A stretch of 64,000 nt of DNA from Candidatus Zambryskiibacteriota bacterium (GTDB taxonomy: Bacteria > Patescibacteriota > Minisyncoccia > Phycocordibacterales > WO2-35-19): assembly GCA_048499675.1 (NCBI GenBank), contig JASNZL010000001.1, forward strand, positions 58,747-122,746, given 5' to 3'. Numbering within the stretch: the first letter of the stretch is position 1; every line of letters begins with the position of its first letter. The position numbers and the translations under genes were made by a program. The notes under the pieces were generated by a model. It was not told the origin of the DNA, did not search any database, and saw nothing but the letters and a program-made list of their open reading frames with translations. This document shows, in pieces, positions 12,801 through 21,613 of the stretch.

Positions 12801-15419
12801 GACTAGCAAATCTTGATTTTCATCCAACACAGAAACCCCTCCTCCGGAGTCGATAATTGTTCCACCAGACCAATTAATATTTGTATGATTTAAATCATAA
12901 CCTTCCAAGGCGTCAAATATACCATTTGATAGAATATTAAAATCAGTAGTATTCAATGACCCACTTAAGTAAACACTCGCAGAATTTGAAATAGTAAAAG
13001 AATCGAGATTTGTTATTTCTACTGGTACTGGAGTTAATCCAACTAAATATTCTACATTAGTTCCTAAATTATTATTACCAATAATAAGTTGCCCATAATT
13101 TTGTTCTGAAGACTTTTTATATACTGTTCCGGCTCCAGCAAATCTCTTTATTGAATTTGGGACCCTATAACCCCCTCCATTTGCGGTCATGTTTACAGTC
13201 GAACTATCATTTTCATAATAAACAGCAATTCTTCCTCCACCGCCACCAACATAAGGATTAGCTCCACCACCGTTTGCTGAAATTGTTCCCGAACCAGATA
13301 TACCACCCGTTCTAATATAAACTGAGCCACCAGAACCAGAACCTGGATTCCACGACAGATCAACGGGTTCACTGTTACTTCCATTAGCAGATATTGTACC
13401 GCTTATAGTGGTTGTGCCGACAACATTCATAATGATCGCACCACCACCCCAAAGACCTGTACTCGCGGCACCGGCTCCATTTATAGCCCTACCTCCTCCC
13501 GAACCTAAATCTGTCGGAGCCGTGGTCGAACCATATATATTCCCAAGTGTTTCTGGTGTTCCCACACCAAGAGATCCAAAACCACCATGTGATGCCCCAG
13601 TGCCAGTTGTACCACTAATAGATGGAGGAGAACCTGTTCCAGCGGTTGCATGATATCCTCTGGAGTTTGCATTTATAGATCCCAAAATTGTTGCGTCACC
13701 TCCCACCTCCAAATTAATTCTACCTAAAATTGTATTTGTGCTCGTTGAGTGGGTAATAGATGCATTTGTATAAATTATTAAGCTATTGTTTATACTCAGT
13801 GCACCATTTTCATATGCGTCATAATTAAAATTTAATACTGAAGTATCTGTACCACCAACATTTCCAATAGTTAAAGAGTTAATAGTTGTTGCGGAATTAA
13901 TATTTACAAAAATATTACTTGCAATTACAACATCGTCGTCCACCCCCGGAACCAAATCATTACTCCAATTTAATGCATCATTCCAATTACTTGTTCCGGC
14001 GCCACCATCCCACGACACTGCTGAGTTATATGCATTTACAACTTCGCCTCCAAATTCAAATATTAAATGATGTTTTCCGGTAGTGTTTATTTCGTGTGAG
14101 ATAATGGCCACATCATCACAGCTCCAACTAGGGTAAAAGATTGCGTCATCAACCAAAACTTGCACCAAAGCAGTCATATCTTCCTCGCCACAAAATATAG
14201 ATTTGAAATCCATATCATCAATCGTCTCTTGGTCAGCTGGTTTAATATACAAATCTGAAACACCATTTGTAACAAAAGATACTTTCCACTCCTGACCCGC
14301 TATAGGGTGTGAATGGACATTTAAAACTGATATTTCAAATGTGGGATCAACAACAACTGGATAAACTGAATTAGATAACCAATCAGTATCTGGAATAAGC
14401 CTGAGAGTATTCCCATTAATTTCAAAAAATATTTCTTCGCTAACTGCTCCAGTAGAATCAAACATAAGTGGAGCTGTTATTGAGAAAATTTTGAACAAGG
14501 GATTATTTGATTTTCCTTTTTTATATAAATCTATCTGATTTTTTGAAATCTGAACAAAATCATAATCGTCCATATTTAACTCATATTCAAAAAAATCAGG
14601 ATGCCCAGAACCTTCAAGTAGAATAGACTCTTTAATCCCCTTATCTGTAAATTCATAAAGAAGATCTGTTTTATCAAAAACATTTTTGTATCTTACCTTG
14701 TCTCCTTCTATAACTCTTTGTGAAGTTGTCGCCACATTGAGTATGCGCATAGTTATCCCTGAGCCAGATATCCTATTATTGGAATAGATCAATATTGGAT
14801 CTTTGAGTTCAATTGGCAGTTCAGATTTAAAAATATCATTCTCTTTTGTAATAACACTTTCAATCTCTAGATCGTTCTCTATTTCAATATCAACTATTTT
14901 TTTGTTTACAATAATCAAGGCGTCATCTTCTTCAGAAGAATCGCTCGGAGTACTATCGTTGTCACTAGACAAATTATTCGCAATTACCTCATCATTTTGT
15001 TTATAAGTTTGACTATCTTCTGATGTAACATTTGTTTTGGTATCGACACTATCACTATCTTCTTGGTTTAAAGATTCATCAAAATCATTTTCATTAGAAT
15101 CTATTTCTTGATACTCGTTTGCAGTATCTAGGTCGTTAAATTCATCAACTTGTTGAACTTCGAAATCCTTCACAGCATCAAGATTCAATTCATCCATAAG
15201 CTCACCTTCGGTATCAGAATTATTAGCCTCTATTTCAGTCGTATTATTATCTAAAATTATTTCATTAAATTCATTAGAATCATGATTCACCTCTTCGACT
15301 GAAGCAACATCTAAATCAACGATAGAAGCAAATGCGACTAAACTCTGGTTTGTTAAAAAAACAAAACCTAATACAAATGAAAAAAATCTGTTAAATTTTT
15401 TTACTGAGTAGAAATACAT
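6837..15419 (-). CDS. Giant (2860 aa) secreted/membrane-anchored surface protein: Gly-rich repeats, F5/8C-like, FN3 repeats, PA14, C-terminal TM helices and carboxypeptidase-regulatory-like domains
   Basis: Signal peptide; GGGAII/GSGGSVY repeats; NAFDSSTSTKW; LTPNTxY FN3 motifs; TSDDDSWFYIDG PA14 motif. Confidence 0.8.
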   Translation of the reverse strand: MYFYSVKKFNRFFSFVLGFVFLTNQSLVAFASIVDLDVASVEEVNHDSNEFNEIILDNNTTEIEANNSDTEGELMDELNLDAVKDFEVQQVDEFNDLDTANEYQEIDSNENDFDESLNQEDSDSVDTKTNVTSEDSQTYKQNDEVIANNLSSDNDSTPSDSSEEDDALIIVNKKIVDIEIENDLEIESVITKENDIFKSELPIELKDPILIYSNNRISGSGITMRILNVATTSQRVIEGDKVRYKNVFDKTDLLYEFTDKGIKESILLEGSGHPDFFEYELNMDDYDFVQISKNQIDLYKKGKSNNPLFKIFSITAPLMFDSTGAVSEEIFFEINGNTLRLIPDTDWLSNSVYPVVVDPTFEISVLNVHSHPIAGQEWKVSFVTNGVSDLYIKPADQETIDDMDFKSIFCGEEDMTALVQVLVDDAIFYPSWSCDDVAIISHEINTTGKHHLIFEFGGEVVNAYNSAVSWDGGAGTSNWNDALNWSNDLVPGVDDDVVIASNIFVNINSATTINSLTIGNVGGTDTSVLNFNYDAYENGALSINNSLIIYTNASITHSTSTNTILGRINLEVGGDATILGSINANSRGYHATAGTGSPPSISGTTGTGASHGGFGSLGVGTPETLGNIYGSTTAPTDLGSGGGRAINGAGAASTGLWGGGAIIMNVVGTTTISGTISANGSNSEPVDLSWNPGSGSGGSVYIRTGGISGSGTISANGGGANPYVGGGGGRIAVYYENDSSTVNMTANGGGYRVPNSIKRFAGAGTVYKKSSEQNYGQLIIGNNNLGTNVEYLVGLTPVPVEITNLDSFTISNSASVYLSGSLNTTDFNILSNGIFDALEGYDLNHTNINWSGGTIIDSGGGVSVLDENQDLLVPTSSRLIFNEASNLNQSLRSYNNLTVNGILTHGYNTHATTGTESLIKLNWTINGDLTVNSGGSINVDAKGYPVGNGPGTPPTNSGTTGSGASYGGVGALGAGLPETPGSTYGSSTAPTDLGSGGGYTCSGGTPNDRVGLWGGGAIILNITGTTTINGSISSNGSTEEVIDLCWNPGSGSGGSVYLRTDGLVGTGSITANGAGSAAKRGGGGGRIAIYANNAVSNPSRTAGGGITGNVLNNGTDGTVLPTIYPSVTTDSISDNYTGTSATANSTITNIGYYSINNHGVVWATWNNPNFPNVNLIDNIVSGTPYGSKNSALVPNAFDSSTSTKWFSNAGAPYDLEYGFPYNVVVNRYVIVGSEIITESPRDWQFQAWDGVDWINLQTITSQTGWAIRESRTYNLVNETPYEKYRILISANNGSTYTALTDIEFKSTNENFSQSGFINEIGPYSESMSGLSPNTTYYVRAFLSTNDGIIYGDNVSFATGEENSAPSSPSSLGPNIYVTNSWASSSAPTLNFTLSDPDLLEQVKYRIQIDNDSNYSSPVVDYTSGLLNQGANNFIVGQPESTGLYTIGNEGQTLSESTSYYWRVQTIDEVGATSSFTLANSGSIAFKLDLTEPIPGTVNFTSINPTSISMNTAGSSDSLSGIGLYRYYNLTTGQIATSTGLTWSNTGLTPNTLYNYKIDVLDNAFNSSTTPESSRYTRANIPTNINTEVLSQSEILVSWDANSNPIGTEYYVENLTSEFNSGWITSTSTTISGLSCGVSYSFHVKARNAENIETSYSGAVSPDASPCNQAPNNPYNLGFSEYQSGGWVNNNKPTLRFILDDPDASDLLVYRLQVSTDSLFTDLVVDYTSASGSQGIRTFTVGQTEGSGNYIMGSAGQSLVDSGDGYYWRVKSIDPSLEESAWVSANSGNIAFKLDTIAPIPGTLSVLSTTTSSVTLTFSGGDDLDSGLATNPYNFQNTTNYSNSGNINNTTWTNYGLSEGTYNFKIRVFDKANNYTDITLAESVYVSGDGSESGSGPEDPWEGAVTEGFALLINQNESLVSTRNVTLQLTGQTGTTHMRISNFSDFSGSVLEPYNTTKNWDICDGIDPCVNGTYNVYAIFYNNASSSGIVSDSIYYQVLDSLNPGNLSIDEVGTSTITVSISGSSDSQYGLAVSPYNFQNITNSTNSGNTNSATWTSSNLTPNTKYDFYTTVTNTNGDSGITPFVSTYTEANVPTGLTLETVTQNSVSLFWNANNNPSLTDYEIYDSLSNQSFGWFGTTSANILNLACDTDYELSARARNGLGVLTLYSSSVAFKTNTCPIETNNESGISGSSQSGSGAYRNQDHEFCVANPNNPSCALYNIDLVAQTDPVWNHSNALQNKELESWTVEDHCEVSTNSFGWFGKYYDYPKNHPNVQVAPKLWDSVWKNIFGDPLSSKSAWQGDWYDDKYFRFAKTSPNLKFGSAFFPFNYIPEKLISGKAYYFGAVWKSKVEVLKPGLYSFRITSDDDSWFYIDGKLITDNSGIHAPRSMYGTVYLSSEHLFEIYFAERHTTESHFYFVMTPEDQLIFRPYNLGCTIVEEETSGSDTVPVEDDITNITEIASPEDKIDHPDVTDEKPVLKDESPKVVIPPINTEIITDLTDSITQNINNVGGKIVDLIEGVKRIILVVDFENFVSKFASLKQNLMDFYNQKSKLFAVSIFGLAPIILSLQYSLSLFSGLGRIKSIKDFLFGIIGLIQSFIRFFVVRKKVKIYGLVFDTINTKPVAFVMIKIVDASTSKALSYEITNSKGEFSFEKYNKDVCIEVNKKGYTIEQNYNSISHEENEYYYNGSVFNPNQINNNTLIKIPLLNNYYLEEGVLVNKSSTHLKYLRGILEILFWTGFVSTFIFFIFSINILSGTLLVFYIALAVLKKYVPSIFAGCKVVSKGKSAVGLYVEVYPISNEGMLVGKSLTDRFGRFYIKVPEGNYVVKIKKIEGNSIQNIKNKNIYVGENGIIDGTIEIP

Positions 15420-15834
15420 TGAATATATTTTATCACAAAAATATATTTATTAGTTATATTTTCAAACACTTTTATTAAAATATGAATATCAAAAAACACT
15501 TCCGATTAACTACAAACAATCAGATAAATTCAGAAAAGTAGTCCAACAAACACCACACCAATAATTCATTTGTAATCTATGAACAGATAGACAAACTGTC
15601 TACATAAATTAAGATATCCTAAAATTTATTATACGCATTATATAGGCTAAAATTAATATAAACACCAATCAACAAATAAATACTAAAAAGTATTAATTTA
15701 CTATCGCAGAATGAGATATTATTAATATTATAAAACATTATAAAAGGTTATATAAGTACAATAATAATTATATGGATTTATATAAAAACCACACCCCGCA
15801 ATCCTAGGACGGCGGGGGTTATTATTAGACCATA

Positions 15835-15954
15835 TCAGGAAGGATTGCTATCATCTTTCCTTTTCTTGGGCCTGTGCATTAGAGCAGTAAGTCCAAGGTT
15901 GCTTATGAGAAAAAGTAGGACGATTCCAATAGTTATCCAAAAATTGTTCACCAT
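15835..15954 (-). CDS. Small single-TM hypothetical protein
   Basis: GAAGGGGAAG RBS before MVNNFWITIGIVLLFLISNLGLTALMHRPKKRK; hairpin downstream. Confidence 0.45.
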   Translation of the reverse strand: MVNNFWITIGIVLLFLISNLGLTALMHRPKKRKDDSNPS

Positions 15955-16157
15955 CACGACTTCCCCTTCTTTTTTAATTATATCATACTTATAAAAATTT
16001 AAACAAAAATTAACAAACATGACTATCTACTGAGAATCTTTCTTATCCACACCGAAATAAATTTTTTTAATGACTTATACTTCTTTTCTTACACTAAGCG
16101 AGCAGTCGCATCACTTCGGTATTAAGAAAAAACACCAGCCAAAGCTGGGTTTTATTT

Positions 16158-16324
16158 TGCACACCGGGAGGGATTAGGTCACAGATAAATTTTTTGTCGT
16201 CACAAAAAATTTTCCGCGACCCCGACTCGCGGCCGAGCGTGCTCGCTCGGCATCCGCTCCGTCTTTCTCACCCTCCGGAGGTAGCAAATGAAAAATAGTG
16301 GGAAACCCCACTATTTTTCATTTG
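16158..16324 (-). repeat. tRNA-Tyr trailer module (hairpin, antisense tRNA arm, shared core, tRNA 3' copy)
   Basis: Minus strand: CCGGAGGGTGA-GAAAGACGGAGC...GCGAGTCGGGGTCGCG...GTGAC-CTAATCCCTCCCGGTGTGCA. Confidence 0.75.
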
Positions 16325-16407
16325 TGCGCCGGGAGGGATTCGAACCCCCGTAGGCCGAAGCCGTCAGATTTACAGTCTGATGTAATTGACCACTCTACCA
16401 CCGACGC
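16325..16407 (-). tRNA. tRNA-Tyr(GTA)
   Basis: Cloverleaf; anticodon arm TCAGA-CTGTAAA-TCTGA; long variable arm; GGTTCGAATCC. Confidence 0.95.
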
Positions 16408-16416
16408 ATACTCATA

Positions 16417-16656
16417 TCATTCTAATAATTTTTTGAAAGCATTTCCACCTTTATAGCTTTTCTTTTCTTTCTCCCTCTTGAAAGCTGTCGAACTATTGGG
16501 ATATAACTCCTTGTAAACTATTTCATATGGTATAAATTTGCAAGTTGATTTATTATATCCTGAATTGTGTTCTTTAATCCTTCTTTCCAAATTATTCGTA
16601 CACCCTATGTAGAATTTGTTTTTAACCCTGCTTTTAATAACGTAAACATTCCACAT
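16417..16656 (-). CDS. Small GIY-YIG nuclease
   Basis: VYVIKS...FYIGCTNNLERRIKEHNSG...AFKREK motifs. Confidence 0.9.
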   Translation of the reverse strand: MWNVYVIKSRVKNKFYIGCTNNLERRIKEHNSGYNKSTCKFIPYEIVYKELYPNSSTAFKREKEKKSYKGGNAFKKLLE

Positions 16657-16671
16657 TGTTTTTATTTTTGG

Positions 16672-16740
16672 TGTAATTGACTTTACCCCGCCGTGGCGGG
16701 GAGTACCCCGCCGTGGCGGGGCAAGCTCTACCACCGACGC
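16672..16740 (-). pseudogene. Duplicated 5' portion of tRNA-Tyr with two palindromes inserted in the D-loop
   Basis: GCGTCGGTGGTAGAG...GTCAATTACA matches tRNA 5' end; 2x CCCCGCCGTGGCGGGG at 16686-16701 and 16706-16721. Confidence 0.75.
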
Positions 16741-16788
16741 ATATCGTTTGCTAAAACATTCTAGCAAACAATATTATATTTTTCCAAC

Positions 16789-19473
16789 CTATTTTACATC
16801 CACACTATCCAGAATTGACGCTTCGATTATTGCACCTCTTTTACCTTTTTTAAATTCAAACACAAGGTCATTATCTTTGACATCTACTGAAACTATACCA
16901 CCTCTCATAATTTGTTTTGATATAATCAAAGATGCAATAGGATTTAAAATTTTATTTTGTATAACTCTCTTTAGAGGTCTTGCTCCGTACTGCGGATTAT
17001 ATCCTTCTTTGGTCAAGAACTCATATGCGCTTTCTGTCAGTTCAAGTGAAATTTCTTTTAGAGACAACCTCTCTCTTACAAAATCAATTTGTATTTTTAC
17101 AATATCTCTTATTGCATCCATAGGCAAAACGTCAAATATAATTATGTCGTCCAACCTGTTTAGAAATTCAGGTCTGAAATGATCCTTGAGTGCTTCCATA
17201 ACCTTATCTTTTACTTCTTCGTAGCTTCCCTCTTCGTTATTTCTTTCCCCAAATCCAAGCTTTTCCATCTTGTCTATATACTGAGCGCCAATATTTGAAG
17301 TCATGACAATAATACTGTTTTTGAAATTAACCGTTCTTCCTTTTGAATCAGTAAGTCTGCCATTATCCAAAACTTGAAGCAATACATTAAACACTTCCGG
17401 ATGAGCTTTTTCTATTTCGTCAAAAAGAATTATTGAGTATGGTCTATGTCTAACCATATCAGTGAGTCCTCCCCCCTCATCAAATCCAACATAACCAGGA
17501 GGTGCACCAATTAGTTTTGAAACAGCATGTTTTTCCATAAATTCTGACATATCAACTCTAATCAATGCGTTTTCATCATTGAACATAAATTCAGCTAGTG
17601 CTTTAGTAAGTTCAGTTTTACCAACGCCAGTAGGTCCCAAGAAAATGAATGAGCCAATTGGTTTATTTGGATCAGAAATCCCAGCTCGAGATCTTTTTAT
17701 TGTATCGGCAATTTTTTTAACAGCATTGTCCTGACCAACAACTCTTTTTGTTAGTTCTTCTTCCATTCTGTTTAGTTTTTCTGCCTCCTCCTCAAGCATT
17801 CGAAAGACAGGAATACCGGTCCATTTTGATACTATGTTTGCTATATCATTTTCAGTTATTTCTTCTTTAAGAATCCTTCTTGAGCTCTGAAGTTTTTTAA
17901 GTCTTTTTATATTTTGATCAAGTACTTTTTCAAGTGTTGGAATTTTACCATACCTTACCTCTGCAGCCTTACCTAAATCAACTTGAGCTTCGGCAGATTC
18001 TGCTTCTAGTCGAGCTTCCTCAAGTTCTTTTTTTATTCTCTTTATTTCCCCAACTGTTTCTTTTTCATTTTTCCATTTCAAGTCTATTTCTGCAGTCTTT
18101 TCTTTAAGGTCTGCAATTTCCTTCTCTATTTCTTGAAGTCTTTTCTTGGCTTTTGTGTTTTTACCTTCCGCTTCTTTTTTTAGCGCTTCTCTTTCTATTT
18201 CAAGTTTAACAATTTTAGAATTTGTCTCTTGCAAAATAGGTGGCATATTTTCCAAAGAAATCTTTAGATGACTCGCCGCCTCATCTATCAAATCAACCGC
18301 TTTGTCTGGCAAAAATCTATCTGCTATATATCTAGAAGAAAGATTAACCGCAGATTTTATAGCATCGTCAGTGATATGCACCCCATGGTAAAGTTCATAC
18401 TTTTCTTTTAAACCTCGAAGAATTGTAACCGCATCATCAATAGAAGGCTCTGACACAAAAACTGGTTGAAATCTTCTTGTTAAAGCTGGGTCCTTTTCAA
18501 TATGCTTCTGGTACTCTTTTATTGTGGTTGCGCCAATAGCTCTCAAATCCCCTCTTGCAAGAGGAGGTTTCAACATATTAGAAGCATCGAGTGAACCTTC
18601 TGCGCTACCGGCTCCAACTATTGTGTGAATCTCGTCAATAAAGAGAATTATTTTACCATCTGATTTTTCTATCTCCTTAATTATGTTTTTTAACCTTTCT
18701 TCAAACTCTCCTCTATATTTTGTTCCTGCAACTAAAAGTCCCAAGTCAAGAGAAACTATTTCTTTATCCTTGAGTGACTCTGGAATATTTCCTGAAACCA
18801 TTCTCATTGCCAAACCTTCTGCAATAGCAGTCTTTCCAACACCCGCCTCTCCTATTAATATAGGATTATTTTTTGTTCGTCTTGCCAAGATTTGTACTAT
18901 ACGAGAAATCTCCTCATCTCTACCAATTACAGGGTCAAGCTTGTTATCTCTCGCCAGTTTTGTAAGTGAACGCGTGAACTTAATTAAATTTTTATTTTTT
19001 GTAACTGGTTTTCCTTCAGTCATTCTTCCTTGTCTTATTTCCTGAATCAAAAACATTACTTTTTCTTTTTCTATTTTGAATTTATTCAAAATATCCCTAG
19101 CTTGACTTGGAAGCTCTAAACAAGCAATGAATAGGTGCTCCGTGGAGACAAATTCATCACTCATATTACTTGCAACTTTTGATGAATGTTCAATTATGTG
19201 AGCAAGCTCAGGTGTTAGATATATTTGGTATGAAGGTGTCGCTGTATTGCCCATTACCCCACCTTCCATGGCATCAAGTAGAGAATCGGTTAGCAAAATT
19301 GTATCAACTTCCATCCTGTCTAAAATAGAAACCACCATACTTTCTTCTTGTAGAATAAGAGCAGTCAAAAGATGTACTGGAGCAACATGGTTTTGACCAC
19401 GTTCAATAACCAGCTCATGAGCCTTTCTAATTACCTCCTTTGCTTTTGTTGTAAATTGATTAAATGGTGTCAT
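16789..19473 (-). CDS. clpB: ATP-dependent chaperone ClpB
   Basis: Two AAA+ modules ([16 protein letters not shown]), coiled-coil M domain, GAPPGYVG; start taken at MTPFNQFT. Confidence 0.93.
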   Translation of the reverse strand: MTPFNQFTTKAKEVIRKAHELVIERGQNHVAPVHLLTALILQEESMVVSILDRMEVDTILLTDSLLDAMEGGVMGNTATPSYQIYLTPELAHIIEHSSKVASNMSDEFVSTEHLFIACLELPSQARDILNKFKIEKEKVMFLIQEIRQGRMTEGKPVTKNKNLIKFTRSLTKLARDNKLDPVIGRDEEISRIVQILARRTKNNPILIGEAGVGKTAIAEGLAMRMVSGNIPESLKDKEIVSLDLGLLVAGTKYRGEFEERLKNIIKEIEKSDGKIILFIDEIHTIVGAGSAEGSLDASNMLKPPLARGDLRAIGATTIKEYQKHIEKDPALTRRFQPVFVSEPSIDDAVTILRGLKEKYELYHGVHITDDAIKSAVNLSSRYIADRFLPDKAVDLIDEAASHLKISLENMPPILQETNSKIVKLEIEREALKKEAEGKNTKAKKRLQEIEKEIADLKEKTAEIDLKWKNEKETVGEIKRIKKELEEARLEAESAEAQVDLGKAAEVRYGKIPTLEKVLDQNIKRLKKLQSSRRILKEEITENDIANIVSKWTGIPVFRMLEEEAEKLNRMEEELTKRVVGQDNAVKKIADTIKRSRAGISDPNKPIGSFIFLGPTGVGKTELTKALAEFMFNDENALIRVDMSEFMEKHAVSKLIGAPPGYVGFDEGGGLTDMVRHRPYSIILFDEIEKAHPEVFNVLLQVLDNGRLTDSKGRTVNFKNSIIVMTSNIGAQYIDKMEKLGFGERNNEEGSYEEVKDKVMEALKDHFRPEFLNRLDDIIIFDVLPMDAIRDIVKIQIDFVRERLSLKEISLELTESAYEFLTKEGYNPQYGARPLKRVIQNKILNPIASLIISKQIMRGGIVSVDVKDNDLVFEFKKGKRGAIIEASILDSVDVK

Positions 19474-19588
19474 ACTCAAATAGAATTTGACTATGTTATT
19501 ACATAACAGATTCCGTAGTAATATAGCCAAAATTCACTACGGGATTTTAGATTATTATTATAGCAGAATTTTGTCCAAAATCAAAATT

Positions 19589-20254
19589 TTATTGTTGTGA
19601 AATTTGAAATATTATTTTCTTAATATCCGGATAATTTCCTTCAAAAATTTCCGATATCTTCTCTGCATTTTCTGGGTCTCTTTGTAGCCTTTGGTTCTCG
19701 GGGAAAAATTTATTCATAATCAAATCTACCAATCTTTCCTTTACCCAATGAGCAATATTATATTCCTTTATCAAGGGTTCAATCGTTAAATGCACTATTT
19801 CGTGCGCAAGAATTAGATAAGACTCTTTTTTATGATCAATATTTAATTGAATATTGTTTGGTGAACCATAACTACCACCCGTTCCATACTGAGTAATTAA
19901 AACAGAATACTTACTTTGTAGTGGCAAACCAAGAATTTTCAAATCTTCGAAAAATTTTTCTTTTATTTCATTCCATTTTTCTCTTAAAAGTTTTATTTTT
20001 TTATTTACGTCACCGGAGCCAAATTCGGATGAAACAGCATTTGATATATCTTCCTTTGAAATTTCTTCACCCTTATCCAGTTTTTCTTGAATCAATTCAG
20101 GGAATTTCAATTTATAACCTTTTTCTTGGTACCACTCGTATTTTTTTAATGTCATTTCTATTCGCTCAATTTCATCCTCAATTGAATAATCAAAAATTAC
20201 TTCAATTTCCGGCTCCGATTCCTGAGAGTTATGATTTTGAATTGAGTATTCCAT
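19589..20254 (-). CDS. Hypothetical protein with HExxH zincin-like motif
   Basis: YGTGGSY...ILAHEIVHL. Confidence 0.6.
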   Translation of the reverse strand: MEYSIQNHNSQESEPEIEVIFDYSIEDEIERIEMTLKKYEWYQEKGYKLKFPELIQEKLDKGEEISKEDISNAVSSEFGSGDVNKKIKLLREKWNEIKEKFFEDLKILGLPLQSKYSVLITQYGTGGSYGSPNNIQLNIDHKKESYLILAHEIVHLTIEPLIKEYNIAHWVKERLVDLIMNKFFPENQRLQRDPENAEKISEIFEGNYPDIKKIIFQISQQ

Positions 20255-20347
20255 ACATAAAGTTTAATTAAAATTTTGGCAAATGAAAAGACCGCATCCT
20301 CGTAGGTCGCGGTCTGGGGTGGGAGGTCTCTCGTTTTTAATTTTCGG

Positions 20348-20386
20348 TTTTGTGTTTTGTGTTTTGTGTTTTGTGTTTTGTGTTTT
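20348..20386. repeat. Heptamer tandem repeat (TTTTGTG)n within a stem-loop
   Basis: About 5 copies of TTTTGTG, flanked by GGAGGTCTC / GAGACCGCC. Confidence 0.8.
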
Positions 20387-20450
20387 CTTTTGCTGAGACC
20401 GCCCAAATAACTGACTACTATAAGTATATCAAATCCACATGATTTGTCAA

Positions 20451-20551
20451 CCCCGTTAGAGATTTTGTTTAGGCGTGTGTCAGAAAAACGTTATCTATAG
20501 GCATATTTACGAAGTCTCGCAAAAACGAAAGAATGTAAATCTCTAACGGGG
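20451..20551. mobile_element. MITE, copy 1
   Basis: TIR CCCCGTTAGAGATTT / AAATCTCTAACGGGG; homologous copy at 60157-60256. Confidence 0.8.
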
Positions 20552-20588
20552 TCAAAATATACTTTATAGTACTAACAATTATAAAATA

Positions 20589-21407
20589 CTACTTCGCTAA
20601 CTCCTCATTAGCTTTTACCAAAGATGATTTTATAGTATTTGCAGGTGAATATGAAAACCTTGTTTCTCCTTCTGATACAGGAGCCTCATACCCCACAACC
20701 TCACCTGAAAGATTAAGTATAGTACTCCCCGGTGTTACTCTTCCAACAATAATGTCAGAATTTATATTTGTAATAGTTTTTTTATCGTCTGATAAATCCA
20801 ACTGTCTAATTCTCCCAATTGTTACTGAATTTGATTCTCTACCACTAATAGAAACGATTGTTTGGCCTATTTTTAGATTATCTGAATTACCAAAGACTGC
20901 AGGACTAAAAACTGGTTTTGGAGTAACAGATTGAGGTACCGATATTTTCATAAAAACTAATCCGTTTTGACTATCAACATATATCTTACCAACAGGAAGG
21001 CTTGCGCCGTCATACATTTGAATTGAGTATGAAAGATTTGAGTTATAGCTTCTCGAGTCCGTTACAACTATTCCATCATTAGAAACTATTAGTCCAAGTC
21101 CCGAAACAACCATCGATCCATCCGCTCCAGTAGTTTTCAACCTAACTATTGACCTCTCATTTTTACTTATAGCATCAATCACTCTGTCTTCTTCGTTAAC
21201 AACCACAGTTGTAACCACTCTTTCTGGTTGTCCTGGTTCTGTAACAACCGTTTCTATTGTTTTTTCAACTACTCTGTTTATTGTTTGAGTAACTTCAACA
21301 GGCGCCTCCGAAAGAAGGGTGAAAGTGATTATACCTGTCCCAATTGATGTAACAAAAGTGATAAGTAGAACCAAGAGAATTAATTGTTGTTTTGTTAGAT
21401 CTTCCAT
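20589..21407 (-). CDS. Membrane-anchored trypsin-like (HtrA-like) protein, probably catalytically inactive
   Basis: N-term TM; SGLGLIVSNDGIVVT, FGNSDNLKIGQTIVSI, LNLSGEVVG; His and GNSGG motifs not conserved. Confidence 0.7.
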   Translation of the reverse strand: MEDLTKQQLILLVLLITFVTSIGTGIITFTLLSEAPVEVTQTINRVVEKTIETVVTEPGQPERVVTTVVVNEEDRVIDAISKNERSIVRLKTTGADGSMVVSGLGLIVSNDGIVVTDSRSYNSNLSYSIQMYDGASLPVGKIYVDSQNGLVFMKISVPQSVTPKPVFSPAVFGNSDNLKIGQTIVSISGRESNSVTIGRIRQLDLSDDKKTITNINSDIIVGRVTPGSTILNLSGEVVGYEAPVSEGETRFSYSPANTIKSSLVKANEELAK

Positions 21408-21613
21408 CGATTTAGTTAAAAAGTTTATAAAGGCGCAAGTTAAAAAGTATTAAAAAATCAAAATGAAAAATTAGAATAAATGATTCTTAAACATTCTTAC
21501 TTATTAATAATATCACTCTGTTTATATATTGCAAAAGCTTTCCTATGCCATTTTCTACTACGAGATCCATCCAGTAGTGAATTTTGATATCACGCTTCGT
21601 GATAAAAAACAAT

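Noticed and set aside
15420-15790. Very AT-rich intergenic stretch as replication origin
   Set aside because: No DnaA-box cluster or dnaA nearby; more likely a promoter region
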